DNA of 63,327 nucleotides, filler included. It is 4 parts of 4 records of this genome, joined end to end, with 100 filler letters (N's around TTAATTAATTAA, not from the genome) between each part and the next. Parts side by side here need not be neighbours in the genome. Positions count along the whole stretch, not along the records: positions 47,815 to 63,327 come from SRR22947725_4821; 3 more parts are not named here. One strand, 5' to 3'. Shown piece after piece: positions 51,191 to 61,333 of the stretch. Each line of letters opens with the position of its first letter. Positions within the stretch are counted from its first letter, which is position 1. The notes under the pieces were generated by a model, which did not search any database, was not told the origin of the DNA, and worked only from the letters and a program-made list of their open reading frames with translations. Made by a program: the position numbers and the translations under genes.

Positions 51191-52228
51191 TCACGGCACG
51201 TCATACCAGCCGCTGTACAATTCCTCGTCCAGTTTGGCCAACAATTCGTCATACGAGCGACACCCGGTGACTGGTTGAAGCACTTCCTCCCACGCCGCCT
51301 GCAGCATCGCCCGGGTCTCGACCGAAATGCAGTCATCACCATCCTTGCCGACCCGAACCTTGCCCGTCGATCCCGGCCGAAGACCGGCATCCTTGGGCAG
51401 ACCGGCCTTTTCGTTGATCGCCAGCTTCATGAAATGCTCATCAAATTTGGTCGCATGGGCAGACATCCACTCTTTGCTACGACGAACGAACGAGCGAGCG
51501 AGCGTGAAACGCACGTGAGCGCGACCGGGACGACGCATGCGCGGGGCCGAACGCCTCCATGCGTACCTCGACAGCAGACCAACCTGATCCAACAGCTCGT
51601 CATCGCACGGCACATTCAGAAACTCTGCGAGCTTCCTCGCGTGCACCCGCTTATGCTTGAGAATGTTTTCGTAGCACATGAGCAGCACCCTATCGTCGTT
51701 TCGATGCTCATAATAGCTCCTGATGATGTGAAAAATGCCAGCGTTGCTGGTGTAGTCTGTCGGCTCGCCACGGCCGGTCACCACAAAGCCTTGGATGAAG
51801 GTGTCGATGCCAATATCATCCTTGGAAAAGAACCAACCACTTCCAAGGAAATGGTAAAACGACACCGCGATCGCAAACGGGTCACGGATCACGCACACCA
51901 CCCGCACCCCGCTGTTGTCAATCCCGGGAACGTGCGGGAACCACGCGTGCGTCTTAAACAGCCGGGGCACGTACCGCTGGTCCAGATCAAGCGGGACCCC
52001 TGCATCGTACGCCATCTCAAGGCATGGCACGCAGTCTTTGTTGATTTCCTCAAAGGAAACGTCCCCCCGAGACCGAAGACAGTGTGCCATCTGGAGCACC
52101 AACGTCGTGCCGGCCTTGGGCGGCGTGGCCACAATCACGTCCCCTTCCTGCGGCTCCCACGCCACCAAACCCCGCCTACGAGACTCTGGCGTGTCCTGGT
52201 GCTGCAGCCGATCCAAGAACTGCTCCAT
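51191..52228 (-). CDS. Cytosolic-type sulfotransferase; intron 51477-51566
   Basis: TPPKAGTT (5'-PSB), KTH, RDP...SFY (3'-PB), KVRVG; GTACGC...CGTAG 90-nt intron. Confidence 0.88.
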   Translation of the reverse strand: MEQFLDRLQHQDTPESRRRGLVAWEPQEGDVIVATPPKAGTTLVLQMAHCLRSRGDVSFEEINKDCVPCLEMAYDAGVPLDLDQRYVPRLFKTHAWFPHVPGIDNSGVRVVCVIRDPFAIAVSFYHFLGSGWFFSKDDIGIDTFIQGFVVTGRGEPTDYTSNAGIFHIIRSYYEHRNDDRVLLMCYENILKHKRVHARKLAEFLNVPCDDELLDQVGLLSRYAWRRSAPRMRRPGRAHVRFTLARSFVRRSKEWMSAHATKFDEHFMKLAINEKAGLPKDAGLRPGSTGKVRVGKDGDDCISVETRAMLQAAWEEVLQPVTGCRSYDELLAKLDEELYSGWYDVP

Positions 52229-52318
52229 CGCTACAGACTACTTCATACTTCAAGTGTATCTCTCTCAAGACGAGAACGAGCTGTTTTGTTTGTTTCTCTC
52301 TCCCTGATAGCTCATTCC

Positions 52319-53218
52319 ATGAAGGAGCGCACGGTCGTGCATTGGATCGTGAAGAAACTCCACCTCAAGCTCTCTGGAGTCGTCGGTCTGGTCACGACGG
52401 CGTGGGGAGGGGTTCATTTCTTGGTCTTGAAACCGGTGCTTGTCCCTCGCCTCTTGGCCCGGTCGCCTCTCACGGCGTGGGCGTGCGTGCCGGTCGAGCT
52501 CTTCTCTCTGCAGGCGGTGATCGCTGGCTATGTCGTGTCGATCGCGGCGTCCGACCTGCTGGCAAAGCGGACGACGTCCCTGCTCGGCAAGCGTCCGGAC
52601 GGCTCCATCTCGCCCGTTCGATATGCCATGTTTCTGCCGTATCACATCGGGCTGACGACAAAACTGAGACTGGAGCGATCAGGCGAGGGTGGTCCGGTGG
52701 ATGGGACCGTAGCGGCACGCCGGGCTGGGGGTCACGAGGACCCATTTAATAAAATAGTCGACGGGCTGTACCTGGGCGGCTGGCCCGCGAACGACCGCCT
52801 GCTCCCGCCGCGGGGGAAGATGGGCATCGCCATCTGCGACGTGACGTGCGAGCTGCCCAGGCGGGCTATGTCCGCTGAGGCGTATCGTGTGGTGCCTTGC
52901 TGGGACTCGCATGCGCCTGTACCCGAGGAGATCGATTCGGCGGTGCATTGGGTGCTGGGCAAGCTTGATGAGGGATATGCGGTGCTTGTGCACTGCGCGC
53001 ACGGCCACGGGCGCAGCGCCGTGATCACTGGCGGGGTATTGCGGCGGCTCGGTGTTGCAGCGACTGTAGGAGATGCTGGAGACATGATGAAATTGGCACG
53101 GCCGTTGGTCAAGATGAATTCGAGGCAGCAGGCAGCGTTGGCGGAATGGGACGAGCGTGTCGCTCGTCCCAGACACATAGATGAGGAGTTGTTTGGTGGG
53201 TCAAAAAAAGGGCGTTGA
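52319..53218 (+). CDS. Membrane-associated dual-specificity phosphatase (YnbD-like)
   Basis: N-terminal TMs, LGKRPDG, GLYLGGWP, DVTCELP, CWD, HCAHGHGRS. Confidence 0.88.
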   Translation: MKERTVVHWIVKKLHLKLSGVVGLVTTAWGGVHFLVLKPVLVPRLLARSPLTAWACVPVELFSLQAVIAGYVVSIAASDLLAKRTTSLLGKRPDGSISPVRYAMFLPYHIGLTTKLRLERSGEGGPVDGTVAARRAGGHEDPFNKIVDGLYLGGWPANDRLLPPRGKMGIAICDVTCELPRRAMSAEAYRVVPCWDSHAPVPEEIDSAVHWVLGKLDEGYAVLVHCAHGHGRSAVITGGVLRRLGVAATVGDAGDMMKLARPLVKMNSRQQAALAEWDERVARPRHIDEELFGGSKKGR

Positions 53219-53227
53219 TCCAAAGTG

Positions 53228-55237
53228 TTACAGTTCGATATGGGTGGATTTTTTGTCACGACTCCCTGTCATCTCGCGCGTATCCCCCGCGCCTTCAAGT
53301 TGCTTGGCGGGTGGCTTTGGGATTTCCTCGAGGACACCGGCCGCTGATTGTCGTTCCATTGTCTGCACGAAGAGATCGGTCGCAAACTCGAGGAGGCGCT
53401 CATCAATAGCGTTGAGTTCACGAATGCGCTCCACGACGTCCGCGTTGTTCGACAAGAACTGTTTCCGAGCCTCGGAAGTGAAACGGAATCCCTCGTCTCG
53501 CTCGTTCCGAAGATGCACCATCGGCTTGGTGCGGGCACGCTTGCCCTTCCGGTAGGCGTCCTCGCTGCATTTGCTGTACTCTTCTCCCAGATTGCGGTCC
53601 TTTCGGAGCTTGTGTTCGTCAGAGAAAGGAAGGAAGACGCGTGTGTGTTCGCTCCAGGGCACGCCTGCAACGCCTTCCAACTCTTTCAGTGTCGCGAGTT
53701 CTGCAACGACCTGATCCCGCTCATTCTGCTGCTGGGAGACCACTTCGTCCAACGATGTGATATTCGACGCAAATGGGCTCGCATCAAGGAGCGCATCATC
53801 CGCCTGGTCGTCGTACCAGTCAAAGTCCTCCAGTTCGTCCAGCCCTCCCGTCACCACGCACTTGGTCGCAAACGCCAACCACTTGATGCGAGAGACAAGC
53901 GGGTCCACGAATGCCCTCCTGAATTTCCAGTAGGTGGATTTGCTGCGTTCGAGCTCGATCTCATCCAGCCACTTGTCCTCCTCCTTCAGCAGACGCTGAA
54001 GCCTGGGTTCTGTTCTCTTCAGCTTGGCGCTGACGTCCCTGTTCCGTTCCTCCAGACTGTACAGCCTGAACCTCGCTTCTCTGAGAGTCATCGTCTGCGG
54101 GACAGGGTCGCCGCCCCCTGCCGGGTCCGGAACAGAGAATGTCACAATCGCATCCAGATCTGGCGGGTTGGCCACATCATCAAACAGGTACGCCCATAGC
54201 TGGACACTCTTGTACGACGTATCCGACATCTTCATCCCGAGACTCGCCGCCAGCGACGCGACCGAGTCTCCCAGGCGCTGTTGCAGCCCAGCATGCGACA
54301 TGTGTCGCAGCTTATCCTTTGCGAGCTCGAACAACCGCTCCCTGGCGACTTCATCCCGGAAGAAACACCTCCGCAATGCACCAGCCTCCTCCCAGAAAGA
54401 CGTGTTGCTGATTCCCAGGAGCTGAAGCGTATGCCCATTGTGCACCAGATCCTCCACCTCATCCAGCTCGATCCACTCGCGAAGCGAGACAGCCAGCTCG
54501 TTATCGTACGGATTGAGCGCGTTAACCGGATCCGGAAGCTTCCACTCGGACGTGTTCGTCTGTTTGTTATAGTAGAACGTCTTGTTTGTGGCCGGGTCGG
54601 TGTGTTCCGTCCAGACAGGCCGCCCCGACTCCCCAATCACCTCCAGCCGATCAACCATCCCCTCCCTCGCCAGCATCACGAGATACTTCCACGGCCAGAC
54701 ATTATACGTGTTCACTGTGGTCATTTTCTCCTTCTGGTTCTCGATACTCCCCAAAGAATCCTTCACCTTCCGAGCTGCCACCTCGATGGGGAACTCGTAC
54801 GCGCTCAAGACCCTTCCCACCGGGTCCCGCAGTTGCGTCACAACCTCCACCCGCCCTCTATCCTCCTCGGACAGCTGGTCCACCAGACTCAAATCGTCGT
54901 GACTCGTGTAATACCTGCAGCCAGGGAGGCTCTGCCTCAGACGGTACCGGTCGTAGCCAGGCAAGCACGTCTCGGACGGCGGCACGGCTGGCGACAGGAA
55001 ACACGTCGAGTACGTCTTTCCCGCTGTCCGCGGCACGTGCAAGAAGAACACGAACGGGTCGACCCCGTCCCCGCGCTCCCCTTCCGTGCTCACCGGAACA
55101 GCCCGGTACTTGGTGGCAAAGGCGTCGACCAGCGAGCCACACTCGTCCCCGCTCGAGGTCGCCATCTTTACCGAGATAGATATCACAGACGCCCAGACGA
55201 GCACCGCCATGGGCCAGAACGCGCGCCAGGGGGACAT
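53228..55237 (-). CDS. TPST: Plant-type tyrosylprotein sulfotransferase-like protein with WW insertion
   Basis: FFLHVPRTAGKTY, HDD, LRDPVGRVLSAYEF, EVAAR, WPWKYLV, NPYD, HNG; hydrophobic N-terminus. Confidence 0.8.
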   Translation of the reverse strand: MSPWRAFWPMAVLVWASVISISVKMATSSGDECGSLVDAFATKYRAVPVSTEGERGDGVDPFVFFLHVPRTAGKTYSTCFLSPAVPPSETCLPGYDRYRLRQSLPGCRYYTSHDDLSLVDQLSEEDRGRVEVVTQLRDPVGRVLSAYEFPIEVAARKVKDSLGSIENQKEKMTTVNTYNVWPWKYLVMLAREGMVDRLEVIGESGRPVWTEHTDPATNKTFYYNKQTNTSEWKLPDPVNALNPYDNELAVSLREWIELDEVEDLVHNGHTLQLLGISNTSFWEEAGALRRCFFRDEVARERLFELAKDKLRHMSHAGLQQRLGDSVASLAASLGMKMSDTSYKSVQLWAYLFDDVANPPDLDAIVTFSVPDPAGGGDPVPQTMTLREARFRLYSLEERNRDVSAKLKRTEPRLQRLLKEEDKWLDEIELERSKSTYWKFRRAFVDPLVSRIKWLAFATKCVVTGGLDELEDFDWYDDQADDALLDASPFASNITSLDEVVSQQQNERDQVVAELATLKELEGVAGVPWSEHTRVFLPFSDEHKLRKDRNLGEEYSKCSEDAYRKGKRARTKPMVHLRNERDEGFRFTSEARKQFLSNNADVVERIRELNAIDERLLEFATDLFVQTMERQSAAGVLEEIPKPPAKQLEGAGDTREMTGSRDKKSTHIEL

Positions 55238-55517
55238 GGCTCCTGAAACTCTGATGAAATTCGGACCGCGATCCTGCGCACACGCCCAGTCCTACCTCAA
55301 TCGGAATCCCGGGACAAGATCCGTGTGTATCCCGGTTCCTCTTGCATCGGCGGGAGCCAAGAAATGAAGAAATACGATGGTGCTGTGACCCGGTGGCGCG
55401 AGAGAGACGCACTTCTTCTTTTGCGTTCCCTTGTCTTCCGTTCGTGGTCGATGGTTTGCCGAATGGACGGCTCGAGCGAGGCAGGAGTATTTGAGACGTA
55501 TATATGGTGTTGACGAC

Positions 55518-58372
55518 ATGAACTTGAATCAGCGCAACAAGTTGCCGCCCGGCGTGAAGATTGACTTCAATGCCTTGAAACCGCCCCCTGGGTACGTGCC
55601 TGGCGTTGGCCGTGGGGCTGCAGGCTTCCAGACAAGGTCGGATGTCGGTCCTTCCATGCCGGCGCCTGATCTACCGGTGGAGTCGCTGGCGCTGGAGAAG
55701 CCAGACGGGAAGTTTGACCCGTTCATGGGGGACGACGGGGGGGTGCTGGCCGGCACGCAGCAACAGAAGCCGAGCAAGGATGCGAAGGAGGACGACGAGG
55801 CGGACGCGATATGGGCCATGGTGGACAAGCGGATGGAGGAGCGCCGGAAGGAGAAGCGGGAGGAGAACGAGCGGAAGGAGGCGGTGAAGCGGCGAGAGCT
55901 CAACCCGAACATCAGCGAGCAATTTTCCGACCTGAAGCGGGAGCTCGCCGCCGTGGACGAGTCTGCTTGGGAGAGTATACCTGATATAGGCGACTACACG
56001 GCCAAGAGGCGGAAGGAGGAGCGGTTCGTCCCCGTGCCGGACAACATGCTGGCGCGGGCGGCGGACAGCATGCAGAAAATGCAGAGCATCGACGGCGCCA
56101 ACGGTCCGCAGGGCATGCACGGGGGTGTTGCAGGGGGTGTTGCAGGGGGTCCTGGTGGGGGTCCCGGTGGGGGTCCCGGTGGGGGTCGTCAGGACTTGAC
56201 TGCGGTGGGAGAGGGGAGGAGCGCCGTTGTGCAGCTCAAGCTGGACTCAATGTCCGACTCTGTGTCCGGGCAGACGGTCGTCGATCCCAAGGGGTATTTG
56301 ACGGATCTCCAGTCGGTCACGCTCAAGTCGGATGCGGAGATTAGCGATATAAAAAAGGCGCGGCTCTTGCTCAAGTCGGTGATCAACACGAACCCCAAGC
56401 ACGCCCCTGGCTGGATCGCGGCGGCGAGGCTGGAGGAGGTCGCGGGCAAGTTGCAAGACGCACGAGCAATGGCCCTCAAAGGATGTGAGATGTGTCCCGG
56501 GTCGGAGGATGTGTGGTTGGAGGCGTCTCGACTGCAGAAGGGCGAGGATGCCAAGGGGGTTTTGGCGAGGGGTGTGGCGGCGCTGCCAAAGTCGGTCAAG
56601 ATATGGATGCACGCTGCCAATCTGGAGACGGACGAGAACTCCAAGAAGCGCGTCCTGCTTCGGGCGCTCGAGCGGGTCCCGGAGAGCGTCCGGCTGTGGA
56701 AGGCCGTCGTGGATATCTCGGACGAGAACGATGCCCGCATTCTGCTGTCCAGGGCAGTGGAGTGTTGTCCACAGCATGTGGAGCTGTGGCTGGCGCTCGC
56801 AAAGCTGGAGACGTACAAAAATGCGCAGAAAATTCTGAATAGGGCGAGGAAGACAATCCCCACCAGTGCGGACGTGTGGATCACGGCGGCAAAGCTGGAA
56901 GAGAGCCAGGGCAACGAGGCCGCGCCCTCGAAAATCATTCCGCGAGCGATCAAGTCACTGGAATCCAACGGTGTTGTGATCGACCGTCAGTGGTGGATGA
57001 AGGCGGCGGAAGTGGCGGAGCGGTCTGACCCGCCCATGCCTGCGACATGCAGAGCGATTATTGCGACAGTCATCGGAGTTGACGTCGATGATGAGGATAA
57101 GAAACGAACATGGGTGGCTGACGCTGAGGAATGCGTGAAAAACGGATCCATCGAGACGGCGAGAGCCATCTACGCCCAGGCCATGGAGGCGTTCCCCACG
57201 CGCAAGGGCGTGTGGCGCCGTGCGGCAGTGATGGAGAAGCAGCACGGTTCCGTGGAAAATATGCTCAGAATATTGGAAAGGGGCGTCGAGTTGAATCCGC
57301 AGGCCGTCATTCTGTATCTCATGGCGGCCAAGGAAAAATGGATCTTGGGTGATCTGGACGCGGCGAGGTCGATATTGGAAGACGCGTTCCGCAAGAACCC
57401 CGAGTCGGAAGACATTTGGCTTGCCGCATTCAAGGTCGAGTTCGAAAGCGGCGAGATGGAACGGGCGCGTGTGGTCCTCGAGAGGGCGAGGAGTGGTGGC
57501 GAGGCGGCCTCCGAGCGCCTGTGGATCAAGTCGGCCCTGCTCGAGCGGGCCGACGGGCAGGTCGACGCGCAGCGTCGTCTGCTGCAAGAGGGCATTTCAA
57601 AATTCCCCAAGTCCTGGAAGCTCCACCTCATGGTCGGCTTCCTGGAGCAAAGCCAGGGAAACCTGGAGGGTGCACGCTCGGCCTACACGCTGGGCACCAG
57701 GCACTGCCCTCGGAACCCCCAAATTTGGATCGCCTTGGCCGCCCTCGAAGAAAACCAGGGGCGCGTCAGCAAAGCCAGGGCAATCCTCGAAAAGGGAAGA
57801 CTCACCTGCAACGACCCCATCCTGTGGCGCGAGAGCTTCCGACTCGAGCACCGCAACAACACTGCCTCGGCAGACAGCGTCATGGCGGCAGCATTCCAGC
57901 ACCACCCCGATTCGGGCATTTTGCACGCAGAATGGTTGCGCACCGCCCCTCGAACGGCGAGAAAGGCACGAAGCATCGAAGCGCTCAAGCGCCTTCCCAA
58001 CGATGCCAACGTCGTACTGGCCGTGGCCCTGATGTTCCTGGGTGACCGAAAGCGCGAAAAGGGCCTGGCATGGCTACAAAGGGCTGTGACGCTCGACCCA
58101 GACAACGGAGACGCATGGGGAGCCTTGTATACGCGCCAGTCCGAGCACGGCACGCCCGCTGATGCTGCAAAGGTCGTCGCCGACTGCGTCGCTGCCGAAC
58201 CCCGCCACGGGGAGGTACGTGTCCAACCGCCCCAATCTCACGCTCACCCCTTGGCTCACCTCGCACCCGCCCGCCCGTCTCCCAGGTATGGCAACGTATC
58301 TCAAAGGCGACGTTTCCGCCCCGCCCCATTCCCGATATTCTCCGGGACGTCGCGGCCGATTTCAAAGTGTAA
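55518..58372 (+). CDS. PRP6: Pre-mRNA processing factor 6 (STA1); intron 58215-58285
   Basis: YVPGVGRGAAGFQTRSD, SDSVSGQTVVDPKGYLTDL, HAT repeats; splicing restores EPRHGE-VWQRISK. Confidence 0.95.
56121..56187 (+). repeat. 12-nt tandem repeat with six G5 tracts
   Basis: (GGGGGTGTTGCA)2 (GGGGGTCCYGGT)3 GGGGGTC. Confidence 0.9.
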
Positions 58373-58446
58373 TTCGACATTTCTGGCGCGTATCGTGGCC
58401 CATTCGGTGCTCATAGGCGTCCGTGCCGAGTACGCACGACCTCGTT

Positions 58447-59082
58447 ATGACGTCGTTTCAGCCCATTGACGATTCCGCGGCCTCGAACGCGGATGCGCTG
58501 CTCGATGAGGAACAGTATGACAAGCTCAAACGGTACTTTCCCGAGCTTCAGGAGGCCACTGTGAAAGAAGCTCTTGTACTTGCCTCGAACAACGTGGAGC
58601 TGGCGAGAGCCACGCTCCAGGACAGGTGGTACAATGACGATACGGCGGCAACTGAGAAGGAAGTGAGCTTCTGGTCGGCGCTGTTCGGGGAGACCAGCAC
58701 CTCCTCGACGACCGCGACCTCCACCGCACGAGCCGGCGATGACGACTGGGGCCTGGATGCGTTGACGAATAGTTTTTCGCAGCTCGGCAGCTCGCTCATC
58801 GACGGGCTGGACACGGTCGCAGATGCCGTGGGGAACCTCGGAGATTTGATACCCGAGCTTATTTTCGGGGAAGAGGACTACGAGGACGACGCGTACTACG
58901 AGGATGACGATGGTGCCCGCCGGGCAGGGAAGGGCGGGGAGGTTGTGGTGGGCGGGAAGCGGCGACTGAAGAAGCGCGGCGGCGGCAGGGCAGGGGATGG
59001 TAAGGGGGAGGGAACCAAGGTCCTGACGAGTACGGACGAACTAAGCGACGAGAGCGGGGACGACTGGACGAAGGAAGACTGA
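58447..59082 (+). CDS. CUE-like ubiquitin-binding domain protein
   Basis: LKRYFPELQEATVKEALVLASNNVELARATL resembles a CUE domain; acidic low-complexity tail. Confidence 0.6.
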   Translation: MTSFQPIDDSAASNADALLDEEQYDKLKRYFPELQEATVKEALVLASNNVELARATLQDRWYNDDTAATEKEVSFWSALFGETSTSSTTATSTARAGDDDWGLDALTNSFSQLGSSLIDGLDTVADAVGNLGDLIPELIFGEEDYEDDAYYEDDDGARRAGKGGEVVVGGKRRLKKRGGGRAGDGKGEGTKVLTSTDELSDESGDDWTKED

Positions 59083-59335
59083 CGTAGGAGAAACACGTCT
59101 GTCGCTGTCGAACCCCAGCGTGACGTCAAATCGAATATTTTCTCGTGATCTGTCCCTTTTTGTTTGATATAGGACACCATCATCATTTCAGAAAGTACGC
59201 CAATCCAAGAGACAATCCAGGAGAAGCGGGGCGCACGGTGGGGCACCTGAGCGAAGAACGGAAACGAATTGAGTTTGCAGGGAAAAAAGCCCTTTCGGAG
59301 AGCCGCGCCGGGAACGAACGGCAGTCGCCTTGTCC

Positions 59336-61294
59336 ATGTGCCTGATGACAATAAAGGCGGGCGCCACGCCGGCATGGCGCGTTGCGGTTCCTCGCCCGCG
59401 GCGGCAAGGGCAACGGCGCTCCTCCACGAGACCTGCGTCGAGACCTGCGTCGAGACTGCCGGAGCGGACGGCGGTGTGGACACCGTCTCGGCGAAAGGTG
59501 GAGAGACGAGCTGCCGAGCGGCCAGAGGAAGAGACCCCAAGCGCACCTGCGCCGCGCATCAAAGTCTCGGGGGCGATGCCTGGCGGTGGCATGGCCCCCC
59601 TCGAGGACGGGTCACCCGAGCCCAGCACGCGCGGTGTGGGGACCGAGGCGGAGGCCAGCACGTCGTTCGTGCCGATCGATTTCAGCGCGTCTGTTGAGAA
59701 ACTGCCGTTCGAAGACAAGGAAGAGCAGGAAAAGCCGGGATCCTCGTCTCCGGGGTATGTGTGGGCACTGGTCATCCTGTCGGTGGCCTATTTGCACCAT
59801 TCGACGTCGGGGTTTGCCCTTCCAGCGCTGCTCCCCATCATTTCCAGCGACCTCCACCTGCAAGATAGCCAAGGCGCGCTTCTCACGGCGGGCTACACAA
59901 TTCTGTACGCTGTGGCGTTGGTACCGATGGGACTTTTGGCGGATCGCGTGGATCGTCCTCGCATGCTGAGCATCGGCATGTTTACATGGAGCGCGCTGAC
60001 GATCGCAGCATCCAAATCGGCCGGATTTGCAGACCTGCTGGCGGCCCGAGTGGGGTTTGCGGCGGCGCAGGCCACGCAGAATCCAATCTGCTTCTCGCTG
60101 ATCCCGGAAATGTTTCCAAAGGGGAAGACGACGGCCATGGCAGTGTACAATTCGGCGATTTATGTGGGGCGGGCTTTTTCCTTTGCCGCGTTGATCATCG
60201 CCGGTAAGCTGGGCGTGCCGCCCGCCATCATTGAAAACCTGGAGATGTCGTACACGCTGGTGCCGCTGGATAAGGTCGACCTCTCCCTGGTGACCATCAT
60301 GTACACGCAGGGAAACTATGCAGCCGTGTCTCCTATTTATTCATACGCGCAGGAAATGGGCGATCCGGCGGCAATCGAGTCTGCGTACGGCGCGTGGCGG
60401 CAGCTGCTCGCGTGGCTTGGGCCGCCGGGCATGATTGTGGCCCTGTTGATTTTCCTGACTGTCGACGAGGTCAGAAAGGACAACAAAGGGTTCCTGGGAG
60501 ATGTATCTAGAAGTTCTCGGTTCCTGGGGAACGTCGCCAGCGAACCGAAACCCCGGGGTGTTCCTGTCACCCCTGTCACCCCTGTCACCCCTCCCGCCCC
60601 TGGCACGGCCATCGCCTCGCCAGCCGCAGCCGTCCCGCCCCCGGCACCGGAGCACCTCTCCACCCGCCAAAGTATTTCCGAGTCGCTGGAAAAAGCCAAA
60701 GGCATGGTGGCCGATCCGGCCTTCATCGCGCTCACGGTCGCTTCCACGTTCAACGACATTGGCTCATGGGCCCTGGTGGCCTGGCAAGCCACCTTTTACC
60801 AACGGGTCTACGAGCTCTCCCCCGACACCTATGCCCCCCTCCTCGCCGTCGTCATTCCCATCGGAGGCCTCGTCGGCGGCGTCGGATCCGGCATCCTCGG
60901 AGACTGGCTGAACAGGATCGGCGGCAGGGGATGGATCACCGCCGGCGCCAACATCGCCGCCGCGCCCTTCATCGCCCTGTCCATCCTCGCACCCGACTAT
61001 AAACAGTCATTCGCCGCACTTTTAGTGGGATTTGCCCTCTCCGAAGCGTGGCGCGCACCCGCCGCCATCGCCATCAGAGAGGTCTCCCCCAGCGGACTGG
61101 GTGCCACGGGCAGCGCGGTCCACCTCAGCATCCGGAACGTCATCGGTGGCCTCGGGCCCCTTGCCGTTGCCCTCCTAGCGTCCAAAAGCACGCTCCAGGA
61201 GGCCATGCTGCTCATCCCGACGTGCTATTTTGTCAGCGGCGTCGGGTTTCTCATCACAGAAGTCGTGATTGCCAGGAGCGACACGTCCCGGTAG
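59336..61294 (+). CDS. Spinster-like MFS transporter with N-terminal extension
   Basis: GLLADRVDR motif A, GILGDWL, many TMs; R/S/A/P-rich N-terminus. Confidence 0.85.
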   Translation: MCLMTIKAGATPAWRVAVPRPRRQGQRRSSTRPASRPASRLPERTAVWTPSRRKVERRAAERPEEETPSAPAPRIKVSGAMPGGGMAPLEDGSPEPSTRGVGTEAEASTSFVPIDFSASVEKLPFEDKEEQEKPGSSSPGYVWALVILSVAYLHHSTSGFALPALLPIISSDLHLQDSQGALLTAGYTILYAVALVPMGLLADRVDRPRMLSIGMFTWSALTIAASKSAGFADLLAARVGFAAAQATQNPICFSLIPEMFPKGKTTAMAVYNSAIYVGRAFSFAALIIAGKLGVPPAIIENLEMSYTLVPLDKVDLSLVTIMYTQGNYAAVSPIYSYAQEMGDPAAIESAYGAWRQLLAWLGPPGMIVALLIFLTVDEVRKDNKGFLGDVSRSSRFLGNVASEPKPRGVPVTPVTPVTPPAPGTAIASPAAAVPPPAPEHLSTRQSISESLEKAKGMVADPAFIALTVASTFNDIGSWALVAWQATFYQRVYELSPDTYAPLLAVVIPIGGLVGGVGSGILGDWLNRIGGRGWITAGANIAAAPFIALSILAPDYKQSFAALLVGFALSEAWRAPAAIAIREVSPSGLGATGSAVHLSIRNVIGGLGPLAVALLASKSTLQEAMLLIPTCYFVSGVGFLITEVVIARSDTSR

Positions 61295-61333
61295 CTCGTG
61301 AATGTTCTGCTTGTTCCAATTTTTTTTCCTAAT

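Noticed and set aside
51161..52318. 685-aa ORF appearing as a novel N-terminally extended phosphatase
   Set aside because: The first 386 codons are mostly the antisense of the sulfotransferase; the plausible gene starts at ATG 52319.
58215..58469. Unusual PRP6 C-terminal extension in the ORF track
   Set aside because: Read-through of a 71-nt intron; splicing restores the conserved end with the stop at 58372.
59121..59128. TGACGTCA bZIP-type palindrome upstream of the MFS gene
   Set aside because: A single 8-mer with no other support.
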